Source: SAR324 cluster bacterium | GTDB lineage: Bacteria; SAR324; XYD2-FULL-50-16; HCM1 | Direction: 5' to 3' | NCBI GenBank assembly: GCA_002995645.1 | Contig: PUHO01000012.1 | Coordinates: forward strand, 87,653-151,652 | Length of the DNA: 64,000 bases | In this document: positions 17,715-27,219 of the stretch, in pieces | How positions within the stretch are numbered: position 1 is the stretch's first letter | Layout: each line of letters starts with the position of its first letter | Notes under the pieces: model-generated | What the model was told of the DNA's origin: nothing | Database searches by the model: none | What the model saw: only the letters and a program-made list of their open reading frames with translations | Program-made: the position numbers and the translations under genes

Positions 17715-20573
17715 ATGGACTATAAAGCTTATTTTCACGTGGGTAATACTTCCGTATGGGATACCGTAGAATGGGAGATCCGAGACGCCACTATAAAAGA
17801 TCATACCGGACAAGTCTTTTTCTCTTTAGAAGAAGTAGAAGTCCCCAAAAATTTCTCTCAACTTGCCACTGAAATTATAGCTTCAAAATATTTTAGAAGA
17901 CGTGGCGTTCCCAATGATCGCGGTTGTGAATATAGTGCTAAACAAGTAATTTATCGTATAGCGCATACCCTTGCGAATGCCGGATATAAACAAGGGCACT
18001 TTACCACAATGGAATCAAAAGTAGCTTTTGAAAATGACTTAATATGGTTGCTTCTACATCAATACGGTGCTTTTAATAGTCCCGTATGGTTTAACGTTGG
18101 TTTATATGATGAATACAATGCTTATGGAACAGGTGCTAATTATGCCTATAATAAGCAATCTAACGATTATGAACTCGTTGGAAACCAATATGAAAGACCA
18201 CAATCTAGCGCGTGCTTTATTCAAAGTATAGACGATAGTTTGCAAGGTATTTTTAATTTGTTGAAAAAAGAAGCTTCTTTATTTAAATATGGGAGTGGTA
18301 CCGGTTCGAATATGAGTCGTTTACGTTCGGCGCAAGAAGAACTAACCGGCGGCGGTAAAAGCTCCGGCTTGCTAAGCTTTCTTAAAGTATTTGATAGTGC
18401 TGCCGGTGCTATTAAAAGTGGCGGGACAACAAGGCGCGCTGCTGTTATGCGTTGTTTGGATATAGATCATCCGGAAGTACTTGATTTTATTCAATGGAAA
18501 GAAAAGGAAGAAGAGAAAGTACGCGGGTTAATCTCTCTTGGTTATAGTAGCGATTTTGACGGCGAAGCATACGGAACAGTAAGCGGGCAAAATAGTAATA
18601 ATTCTATTCGCTTAACAGATGAGTTTATGCACGCTGTATTACGAGATGAAGATTGGCATACAACGGCAAGAACAACAGGCGAAATAATAGACACATATAA
18701 AGCAAGGGAATTATTCAATGAAATTTGCGAAGCCGCTTGGAAATGTGCGGATCCAGGCGTACAATTTGATACGACTATTAATAGGTGGCATACTTGCTTA
18801 AATACAGATAGAATTTACGCGTCTAATCCTTGTTCTGAATATATGTTTTTAGATGATACCGCTTGTAATTTAGCTAGTATTAATTTAGCTCCTTTTTATG
18901 AAAGCGGTTCGTTTAACGTAGAAGCTTTTGATCAAGCTTGCCGTACGTTTTATTTAGCTCTAGAAATTATTGTTGATTTTGCGAGTTATCCAAGTAAACA
19001 AATTGCTAAAAATACGCATACCTATCGTACTGTTGGTTTAGGTTATGCTAATTTAGGTAGTTTGTTAATGTATCTTGGCGTGGCTTACGATAGTGAAGAA
19101 GGCAGAGCTATTAGCGGATTAATTACAGCCGTAATGACAGGGGCAGCTTATGAAATGAGTAGCGACGTTGCCGCTGAACTAGGTGCCTTTGAAGGGTATG
19201 CTGAAAATAAAAATATAATGCAACGTGTGATTAAACAACATGCCGACTCGCTAAGCTTACCTAGCTATGCTTATAGTAATAACGTAACTGAAATACTACG
19301 CAAACAAGCTACGCAAGTTTGGGAGAACGTGCTTGCGAAAGGGGCAGAGCAAGGCTTTAGAAATGCGCAAACAACAGTCTTAGCACCAACTGGAACGATT
19401 GGTCTTTTAATGGATTGTGCCACAACCGGCGTAGAACCGCCTTTCTCTTTAGTAATGTGGAAAAAACTTGTTGGCGGCGGCGTTATTCCTATGGTTAACC
19501 AAGCAACAGAAGAAGCATTGAAAAACTTAGGTTATGAGAAATCCCAAATCCAAGAGATTGCCGACTATATTCAAGAGAACTTGACGATTGAAGGATCTAG
19601 CGTAAAAGAAGAGCATTTGCCTTTATTTGATTGTGCCGTTGCCGGTGGAAGTGGCGTTCGTTTTATTGATCCAATGGGACATGTGAAAATGATGGCGGCA
19701 GTACAACCTTTCATTACCGGTGCTATTAGTAAAACAGTAAACCTGCCGTCTTATGCAACTGTGCAAGATGTGAGTGACGTTTTTATGGAATCATGGAAGC
19801 AAGGGGTAAAAGCAATAACAATATACCGTGATAGTTCTAAAGCATCGCAACCGCTTAACACTACGTTAGACGAGGACGAAACAGGAACCATACAAGAATC
19901 GCAAGAGCTTATTAATAGGTTAAAAAAAGAAAATGAAGAGCTCAAAGCCAAGCTTGCCACTGTAAGCATTAATGAAGATACAACAGATATCACAAGTGGC
20001 TTACAATGGGGGCAAGCTATGCCTCTAGCTTCGGAAAGAAGGGGTATTACATGGGAGTTTTCTGTTGGTGGAACAAAAGTATTTTTACGTACTGGTGAAG
20101 ATAGTAACGGCAACTTACGTGAGATCTTTATTGATCTAGGTTACAAAGAAGGATCCACAACAAGAGCGTTAATGAATCAATTTGCTATTAGCGTTTCTTT
20201 TAGCTTACAACGTGGCGTTCCGTTAGCAACGTTAGTAGATAAATTTTCTTTTACTAAATTTGAACCGCATGGTATGGTTAGAGGACATGCTTACTTAAAA
20301 ATGGCAACGTCTTTAGTTGATGCTATTTTTAGAATACTAGGGCATGCCTATCTTGGTCGCGTTGATTTTTTGCAAGTCCTTCCGGAAGAGGCAAGTACAA
20401 AATCAAATACAGAAGGTCAATTTAGAATAGAAAGCGTGGATTCGCCAAAAAAAACGGCGCCACAAAATAATATTATACATGCGCCTTGCGGTGAATGTGG
20501 CGGAATTGATTTTATGCGTACAGGCACTTGTGCCGTATGTCTAACTTGTGGAACAAGTCAAGGTTGTTCCTAA
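17715..20573 (+). CDS. nrdJ: Class II (adenosylcobalamin-dependent) ribonucleotide reductase
   Basis: 952 aa. Class II RNR blocks (NPCSEYMFLDDTACNLASINL, TVGLGYANLGSLLMYLG). C-terminal Zn-ribbon CGECGG…CAVCLTCG. Confidence 0.85.
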   Translation: MDYKAYFHVGNTSVWDTVEWEIRDATIKDHTGQVFFSLEEVEVPKNFSQLATEIIASKYFRRRGVPNDRGCEYSAKQVIYRIAHTLANAGYKQGHFTTMESKVAFENDLIWLLLHQYGAFNSPVWFNVGLYDEYNAYGTGANYAYNKQSNDYELVGNQYERPQSSACFIQSIDDSLQGIFNLLKKEASLFKYGSGTGSNMSRLRSAQEELTGGGKSSGLLSFLKVFDSAAGAIKSGGTTRRAAVMRCLDIDHPEVLDFIQWKEKEEEKVRGLISLGYSSDFDGEAYGTVSGQNSNNSIRLTDEFMHAVLRDEDWHTTARTTGEIIDTYKARELFNEICEAAWKCADPGVQFDTTINRWHTCLNTDRIYASNPCSEYMFLDDTACNLASINLAPFYESGSFNVEAFDQACRTFYLALEIIVDFASYPSKQIAKNTHTYRTVGLGYANLGSLLMYLGVAYDSEEGRAISGLITAVMTGAAYEMSSDVAAELGAFEGYAENKNIMQRVIKQHADSLSLPSYAYSNNVTEILRKQATQVWENVLAKGAEQGFRNAQTTVLAPTGTIGLLMDCATTGVEPPFSLVMWKKLVGGGVIPMVNQATEEALKNLGYEKSQIQEIADYIQENLTIEGSSVKEEHLPLFDCAVAGGSGVRFIDPMGHVKMMAAVQPFITGAISKTVNLPSYATVQDVSDVFMESWKQGVKAITIYRDSSKASQPLNTTLDEDETGTIQESQELINRLKKENEELKAKLATVSINEDTTDITSGLQWGQAMPLASERRGITWEFSVGGTKVFLRTGEDSNGNLREIFIDLGYKEGSTTRALMNQFAISVSFSLQRGVPLATLVDKFSFTKFEPHGMVRGHAYLKMATSLVDAIFRILGHAYLGRVDFLQVLPEEASTKSNTEGQFRIESVDSPKKTAPQNNIIHAPCGECGGIDFMRTGTCAVCLTCGTSQGCS

Positions 20574-20606
20574 ATTATTTAATATATTTTAATAGGGAGC
20601 TTTTTT

Positions 20607-21473
20607 ATGTCCTCTTGGATTCAAAAAATACTTTCGACAGAAAAGAAAACAGCTGTGCCAGCTGGAGTTTGGGTTAAATGTACGTCTTGCGGAGAAACTT
20701 TATATAGCAAGGATTTAGAAACGAATAATAAGGTCTGCAATAATTGTGGGTATCATTTTCGTTTAAATACAAAAGAAAGAGTGCGTTTATTACTTGAAGA
20801 AGGATATAAAGAGTTATTTACTAATATAACAACTGCCGATCCGTTAAAGTTTCAAGATACAAAAAAATATAAAGATAGAATTAAGCAAACTGTCGCAAAA
20901 GCAGGTGTAAACGAATCAATTAGCGTGTTTAGCGGTCTTTTGCAACAGCATTTTGTTTGTCTTACTGTTTTTAATTTTAGCTTTATGGGCGGATCTATGG
21001 GCTCGGTTGCCGGTGAAAAAATTACACGTGCCATTGAATATTCTTTAGAACATAAATACCCGTTTATTCTTGTTAGTGCTTCCGGTGGGGCAAGAATGCA
21101 AGAAGGCACTTTGTCTTTAATGCAAATGGCGAAAACAAGCGCGGCATTAGCGAAATTAGCGAAAGCAAAACTTCCTTTTATTTCTGTTTTAACTGATCCG
21201 ACAACTGGCGGCGTTTCAGCTAGTGTGGCTATGTTAGGCGATTTAATTATTGCCGAACCAAAAGCTTTAATTGGCTTTGCCGGTCCTCGTGTTATTCAAC
21301 AGACTATAGGGCAAGCTTTACCGGAAGGGTTTCAGCGTTCTGAGTTCTTACAAGAAAAAGGAGCGATTGACGCAGTTATAGAGCGTAATCGTCTTAAATC
21401 CGAGATAGGTTTATATTTAGATTACCTTTTCCCAGCAACGCAAGTTAAGTTACCATTAAAGGCAAAAGCTTAG
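20607..21473 (+). CDS. accD: Acetyl-CoA carboxylase carboxyltransferase beta subunit
   Basis: N-terminal Zn finger CTSCGETLYSKDLETNNKVCNNCGYH. Carboxyltransferase domain (FSFMGGSMGSVAGEKITRA). Confidence 0.9.
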   Translation: MSSWIQKILSTEKKTAVPAGVWVKCTSCGETLYSKDLETNNKVCNNCGYHFRLNTKERVRLLLEEGYKELFTNITTADPLKFQDTKKYKDRIKQTVAKAGVNESISVFSGLLQQHFVCLTVFNFSFMGGSMGSVAGEKITRAIEYSLEHKYPFILVSASGGARMQEGTLSLMQMAKTSAALAKLAKAKLPFISVLTDPTTGGVSASVAMLGDLIIAEPKALIGFAGPRVIQQTIGQALPEGFQRSEFLQEKGAIDAVIERNRLKSEIGLYLDYLFPATQVKLPLKAKA

Positions 21474-21475
21474 TT

Positions 21476-22525
21476 TAAATAGTTATTTAAATCTAAGATC
21501 GTGCCAAAGTTAGCAGGCGGGTAATAAAAATTTGAATCTAAGATCGTGCCAGATTAGAAGGCAAACAAGAAAAAGATTGAATCTAATATCGTGCCAAGTT
21601 GGTTATGTAACTTTGAAAAAACTTGAATCTAATATCGTGCCAAAGCTGGCAGGTAAGTAAGAAAAAGATTGAATCTAAGATCGTGCCAAGTTAGGAGCAA
21701 ACAAGAAAAAAACTTGAAACTAATATCGTGCCAAAGTTAGTATATAACTTTAAAAAGATACTCATATTATGTACTCTTGCAAGAGCGAGAATATAAAGCC
21801 CTGTCTTAAAACAAAGTAATTATTTTATATAGATTGTCTTTTTCTTTTGCAAAATAAATCATTGAAAACAACAGGTTAATATAAATAGTTATTTGAATCT
21901 AAGATCGTGCCAAGTTTGCAAGAAGGTAATAAAAAAGATTGAATCTAAGATCGTGCCAAAGTGAGTAGCAAACAATAAAAAAGATTGAATCTAAGATCGT
22001 GCCAAGTTGGCAGGTAAGCAATAAAAATTTAAATCTAAGATTGTGCCAAATTGGTTATGTAACTTTGAAAAAGTGTTCATATTTTGTATTCTTTTAAGAA
22101 GATATATGCAAGAATACAAAGCCCTTCCCTTAAAACAAAGTAATTATTTTATATAGATTGTCTTTTTCTTTTGCAAAATAAGTTGTTAAAATCAAAAGCT
22201 TAATATAAATAGTTATTTGAATCTAAAATCGTGCCAAGTTAGTAGCTTACAATAAAAAAAATCTTGAATCTAATATTGTGCCAAGTTAGTAGCTTACAAT
22301 AAAAAAAATCTTGAATCTAATATTGTGCCAAGTTAGCAGATAAGCAATAAAAAAGATTGAATCTAAGATCGTGCCAAGTTAGTAGCCTACAATAAAAAAG
22401 ATTGAATCTAATACCGTGCCAAAGTTAGTATATAACTTTAAAAAGATACTCATATTATGTACTCTTGCAAGAGCAAGAATATAAAGTCCTGTCTTAAAGA
22501 AAAGTAATTACTTGATATAGATAGC
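21476..22525. repeat. Higher-order tandem satellite: 3 units (~407, ~325, ~318 bp) holding 6+4+5 copies of a ~45-bp unit
   Basis: The conserved 24-mer core TTGAATCTAAGATCGTGCCAAGTT recurs 15 times at about 45-bp spacing. Each block is followed by a ~150-bp tail with palindromes (CTCTTGCAAGAG, TTTTGCAAAA). The repeat starts 3 nt after the accD stop. Confidence 0.9.
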
Positions 22526-22580
22526 TTTCTCCTATCAAGCAAGTTATTGCTATTACAGGAAAAAGCTTGTTTTGTGAAGG

Positions 22581-24035
22581 TTATTTATTCCAAGATTGAG
22601 CAAATTGAGCAAGCATTTTTACGCCAACGCCAGTTGCTCCGTTACTTGGATATATATCTTTATCTGGCACTTCAGCAGATGTTCCGGCAATATCAAGGTG
22701 TACCCAAGGGGTATCTTTAACGAACGCTTCTAAAAAAGTAGCTCCGCAAATACTAGATCCTTCTGCTGGAGTTCCCATATTTTTCAGATCGCCAACAGTT
22801 CCTTTAACGGCATCTCTGTAGCGTTTAGATAAAGGTAATTGCCAAATCGGTTCTTCTAGATTAGTACCAATTTTTTCAAGCTGTTCGTATAAATGTTGAT
22901 CATTTGTCATAGCGCCGGTATGCTCTTTTCCAAGTGCAATAATACAAGCACCGGTTAAAGTTGCAATATCAATAATCGCGTCCGGTTGGAACGTAGCAAT
23001 ACCATAAGAAATACAATCTGCTAAAATTAAGCGCCCTTCTGCATCTGTGTTTAAAATTTCCACAGTTTTGCCGTCATAGGACGTAACAACGTCGCCAGGC
23101 TTGGTTGCACTTCCGCTAGGTAAATTCTCAGCTAATCCAATTAAAGCGATAATATTAATTTTAGGTTTTTTTTCGCTAATAATTTGCATAGCTCCTAATA
23201 CAGCGGCTGCCCCGCACATATCTGTTTTCATTTCATGCATTTTAGCTGCCGGCTTTAAAGAGATACCGCCAGAATCAAAAGTAACGCCTTTGCCAACAAG
23301 AAGCAACGTAGGCGCATCTTTTTTATAAGAATAGCGTAACCCAACAACAACAGGATCTTCTACTGAGCCTTTGCCTACGGCATGAAGTAAATTAAGTCCT
23401 TCTTTTTTAATTTGATCTAGTGATAAACTGAAAAAGTTTAGTTGCTGATTTTTAGCTATCTCTTTAGCTTGTTTGTGAAATAAAGAAGGAGTTAGCAAAT
23501 TAGCCGGCGTATTGCCAAGATTACGAGCAAGGTAAACGGCATTGGCATGAATTTGCGCTTGTTTAAGTGGCTCTGTGAAATGTTCCGTTGTAAGCTCACT
23601 ATAGAGAAATAACGATTCTATTTTTTTATATTTTGGCTTAGATTGGAATGTATCATAGTAGTAATTACCAAGTAGGATACCTTCTATAATCGCTTCTATA
23701 TTAACAACGATAACGTTATCTGTTGTTGCCGGGAGGCACAGCGATACGTCTGTGATGCTTTCTTTTAATAATAGTTTTCCAATACGACTTCCTAAAGCAA
23801 GAAAAGAAGGGCTTGTTTTAGTTAAACTAATAACGTATAAAGTTTGTCCTTCATTGCCATGAAAGGTATGAATCGTATCATCTGGTAAAGGCGTTAATTT
23901 AATATAGCTAGCGGCGCAAGTAAAAAGATAAGGATTATCTTCTTGCCATTTTTGCGAGACCAAAAGTTGCTTTTCTTCGTTTAAAAAAGCAATATGGTGC
24001 TTTACTTGGTTATTTGTATTGACTTGTATTTGCAT
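22581..24035 (-). CDS. pepA: Leucyl aminopeptidase (M17)
   Basis: M17 catalytic block NTDAEGRLILADCISYG and metal-binding region VGKGVTFDSGG. SD-like AGGAG upstream. Confidence 0.85.
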   Translation of the reverse strand: MQIQVNTNNQVKHHIAFLNEEKQLLVSQKWQEDNPYLFTCAASYIKLTPLPDDTIHTFHGNEGQTLYVISLTKTSPSFLALGSRIGKLLLKESITDVSLCLPATTDNVIVVNIEAIIEGILLGNYYYDTFQSKPKYKKIESLFLYSELTTEHFTEPLKQAQIHANAVYLARNLGNTPANLLTPSLFHKQAKEIAKNQQLNFFSLSLDQIKKEGLNLLHAVGKGSVEDPVVVGLRYSYKKDAPTLLLVGKGVTFDSGGISLKPAAKMHEMKTDMCGAAAVLGAMQIISEKKPKINIIALIGLAENLPSGSATKPGDVVTSYDGKTVEILNTDAEGRLILADCISYGIATFQPDAIIDIATLTGACIIALGKEHTGAMTNDQHLYEQLEKIGTNLEEPIWQLPLSKRYRDAVKGTVGDLKNMGTPAEGSSICGATFLEAFVKDTPWVHLDIAGTSAEVPDKDIYPSNGATGVGVKMLAQFAQSWNK

Positions 24036-24139
24036 AAAACTCCTAGAGCATATAGACGCAATAAGCGTATAAATAAATATTAGATTATTTTAATGCAAAT
24101 AGGAAAAATAGGCAAGCTTGTCTATACAAAACGCAAAAC

Positions 24140-24367
24140 TTATGCTGATACTTCTTTTTCTATATCCTTACTGTTTTTATTATCTGGCATAACGATAATT
24201 TGAGCGTTATCGTTTTCTAGCGAGATTTCGCGCATACAATTAACTAAAAGTAATTGTTTTGGGTCTTTAATATTACTTTCTAGTATGTCAAAAGCTTTAT
24301 TTAAAGGCATATTATGTTGAATTAATAAAATTAGCTCTTTAGTAAGATCATGTAAAATACGTTCCAT
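24140..24367 (-). CDS. Hypothetical 75-aa protein
   Basis: ORF only. No motif recognised. Confidence 0.25.
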   Translation of the reverse strand: MERILHDLTKELILLIQHNMPLNKAFDILESNIKDPKQLLLVNCMREISLENDNAQIIVMPDNKNSKDIEKEVSA

Positions 24368-24439
24368 AAGTATAATATCAAAAAGTAATTAATATATTTT
24401 AGATTACAACTTATATACAATTACCATGCCATACTTTAC

Positions 24440-25775
24440 GAACGAGAAGAAGTTAAGAAGGGTTAGACGAGGAATCTAGTTGCTTTTTATTTTGATTCCA
24501 TAAGTTTATCATATAGGTTTTATGAGGTCGTGATTGACGTCAATGGCATTTTCTATGTTTAGTACGAGCTAATATAGGGGCGGTGTTTTTTTATGAGGTG
24601 GTACATTTGTCATCATATATACAGCAAAAAATTTTGCATTGATTGCAAATTGTTTTCTTGCAACAGTTGCTATATAAACGAGAAGAAATTAAGAAAGGTT
24701 AGACGAGGAATCTAGTTGCTTTTTATTTTGATTCCATAGGTTTATCATATCGGTTTTATGAGGTCGTGATTGACTCCAACGGCCTTTTCTATGTTTAGTA
24801 CGAGCTAATATAGGAACGGTGTTTTTTTATGAGGTGGTACATTTGTCATGTCATATCGCGAATTTCCTATTGTGCTTTTTCACACATACGAACGGCAAGA
24901 AAATTTTGCATTGATTGCAAATTGTTTTCTTGAAACAGGTGTTATATAAACGAGAAGAAGTTAAGAAGGGTTAGGCAAGGAATCTAGTTGCTTTTTATTT
25001 TGATTCCATAAGTTTATCATATCGATTTTATGGGGGCGTGATTGACGCCAACTAGCTAATATAGGAACGGTGTTTTTTATGAGGTGGTACATTTGTCATG
25101 TCATATCGCGAATTTCCCATTGTGCTTTTTCACACATACGAACGGCAAGAAAATTTTGCATTGATTGCAAATTGTTTTCTTGAAACAGTTGCTATATAAA
25201 CGAGAAGAAATTAAGAAGGGTTAGGCAAGGAATCTGGGTGCTTTTTATTTTGATTCCATAAGTTTATCATATCGGTTTTATGAGGTCGTGATTGACTCCA
25301 ACGGCATTTTCTATGTTTAGTACTAGCTAATATAGGGTGGTGCCTTTGGTACATTTGTCATGTCATATCGCGAATTTCCTATTGTGCTCTTTCACACATA
25401 CGAACGGCAAGAAAATTTTGCATTGATTGCAAATTGTTTTCTTGCAACAGTTGCTATATAAACGAGAAGAAGTCAAGAAGGGTTAGACAAGGAATCGGGT
25501 TGCTTTTTATTTTGATTCCATAAGTTTATCATATCGGTTTTATGAGGTCGTGATTGACTCCAACGGCATTTTCTATAGGCTTGCAGGTCTTCATCACAAA
25601 ACGCATTTTGATTTTCCCAGCATTTAATACCTAGTTTAGTACGAGCTAATATAGGGTGGTGTTTTTTCATAAGGCGGTACATTTGCCATGCCATATCGCG
25701 AATTTCCCATTGTGCTCTTTCACACATACGAACGGCAAGAAAATTTTGCATTGATTGCAAATTCATAGCAAATTG
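24440..25775. repeat. Tandem array of 4 decaying ~235-270-bp copies of the thyX 3' end, plus the genuine copy
   Basis: Units begin at ~24443, 24678, 24949, 25200 and 25462 (ACGAGAAGAA…). Each carries thyX 3'-coding segments (…TTTGATTCCATAAGTTTATCATATCGGTTTTATGAGGTCGTGATTGAC… and …CATATCGCGAATTTCC.ATTGTGCT.TTTCACACATACGAACGGCAAGAAAATTTTGCATTGATTGCAAATT…). The distal copies are the most degraded. Confidence 0.85.
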
Positions 25776-26276
25776 TTCTCTTGAAACGGTCGCCATTGGC
25801 AAAGCAAAACGAGCGTCTTCTTGTTTAATACCGGCGTTAGTACATTTAGTATAAAAGTTAATACATGCTTGTTGTAGTTGCGTCCATTCTTCTAGAATAG
25901 CAGGATTTTCTTTAAACGATGGAGGCGTTACAAAAGCACCTATTCCTTTTGTAAAGTTAACATATCGTTGCGACATTTCTTCGCGTTCTACGCCGATATG
26001 GTGGCGATTAAATTGCGCTGTTGCCGCACGTGAAATCCCGTCTACAACAAAAATGAAATGGCTTTGCCGAAGTGGGCTACTATGTCCGGTTTGTAGCTTT
26101 TCCGCGATAAAGTCTTCCATTTGCTGTTCGCTAATATCTCCGTTATTAATTTGCTGCCAAAGTTCGCTTGCGCTGATTCGAGAGTAGCAAATACGAAAAG
26201 CGGAGTATATAATCGCAATAGGATTATTAGAAACGCCAAGTAATTCAACTTTTATATCTGTTTGTCCTGATTTCAT
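25473..26276 (-). CDS. thyX: Flavin-dependent thymidylate synthase ThyX (C-terminus runs into the repeat array)
   Basis: ThyX fold blocks (QFAMNLQSMQNFLAVRMCERAQWEIRDMA). The signature region reads FNRHHIGVEREEMSQRY, a divergent form of RHRx7S. The last ~35 codons are encoded by the first repeat unit. Confidence 0.75.
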   Translation of the reverse strand: MKSGQTDIKVELLGVSNNPIAIIYSAFRICYSRISASELWQQINNGDISEQQMEDFIAEKLQTGHSSPLRQSHFIFVVDGISRAATAQFNRHHIGVEREEMSQRYVNFTKGIGAFVTPPSFKENPAILEEWTQLQQACINFYTKCTNAGIKQEDARFALPMATVSREQFAMNLQSMQNFLAVRMCERAQWEIRDMAWQMYRLMKKHHPILARTKLGIKCWENQNAFCDEDLQAYRKCRWSQSRPHKTDMINLWNQNKKQPDSLSNPS

Positions 26277-26287
26277 TAGTCTTACGT

Positions 26288-27199
26288 TTACGACATCATT
26301 AAAAGAAATTGGGAATTTTGTTTTGCCGCATCGCTATGAATTATATCACTACTAAGGCTATGAAACGCCATGTTTAATATAGATTTAGCAGATAGCTCTG
26401 CCCACCATTTTTTGTGTTTTTGCGGTTCCCATAAAGTAACTTTTTCATTAGTTAAGTTAAGTTTATGTTTCATTGCTAAAACAACGCCGTGAAAATCTCT
26501 AATTTCATCAATTAAGCTGGCTTCTAAAGCTTGCCTTCCGGTGAAAATACGTCCGTCCGCTATTTTTCTTACTTGTTCTTTAGATAGCTTTTTTCTATTA
26601 TTTGCAATAGCCGTAATGAATTGATCATACATATCGCTTATAACGGATTGAAGCAACGCTTTTTCTTCTGCTGTCATATCACGTGTTGGCGAGCCGATAT
26701 CTTTCATAGCCCCTGATTTAATAACATTAGAGTCAATGCCTATTTTATCTAGTAATTTTTTATATTTGATTGTGTGCATAATCACGCCAATACTTCCGGT
26801 CACAGTGCTTTGATTGGCAAAAAGACGATCGCCTCCGACTGCACTATAATAGCCGCCGGACGCAGCAACACTTTCCATTGCTACGTATACCGGTTTTTTA
26901 GTTCGTTTAAGTGCGTTATATATTTTTTCTGATGCCGTTACGCCACCGCCTGGCGAGTTAATTCTAACAATAATGCCTTTTACATTATCTGCTTTATTAA
27001 ATTTATCTAGCGTGTTTAATATTTTGGGAGTGGTTACGTCTGAAATAACGCCGTTAATATATAATACGCCAATTTTAGGATTTGATTTATGTAAAAGTTT
27101 ACTAGAAGTTAAACTGCTAATCCATAGTAAAATCAAGAAAATGATAATAGCCGGTAAAACAGTATGTTTCTTTAAAAATGATTTTTTATTGTCTGTCAT
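26288..27199 (-). CDS. sppA: Signal peptide peptidase SppA (36K type)
   Basis: N-terminal TM helix. ClpP/crotonase-fold serine protease block GIIVRINSPGGGVTASEKI. Confidence 0.8.
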   Translation of the reverse strand: MTDNKKSFLKKHTVLPAIIIFLILLWISSLTSSKLLHKSNPKIGVLYINGVISDVTTPKILNTLDKFNKADNVKGIIVRINSPGGGVTASEKIYNALKRTKKPVYVAMESVAASGGYYSAVGGDRLFANQSTVTGSIGVIMHTIKYKKLLDKIGIDSNVIKSGAMKDIGSPTRDMTAEEKALLQSVISDMYDQFITAIANNRKKLSKEQVRKIADGRIFTGRQALEASLIDEIRDFHGVVLAMKHKLNLTNEKVTLWEPQKHKKWWAELSAKSILNMAFHSLSSDIIHSDAAKQNSQFLLMMS

Positions 27200-27219
27200 A
27201 ATTAATGATTGTTGTTAGT

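Noticed and set aside
21476-22525. CRISPR array (24-nt repeat with ~21-nt spacers)
   Set aside because: The spacers are not unique. They are variants of one sequence (AGCAGGCAAACAAGAAAAAGA-like) and of a second shared type. The whole structure is itself repeated three times as a higher-order unit. No cas genes or leader are present. It fits a tandem satellite, not a CRISPR array.
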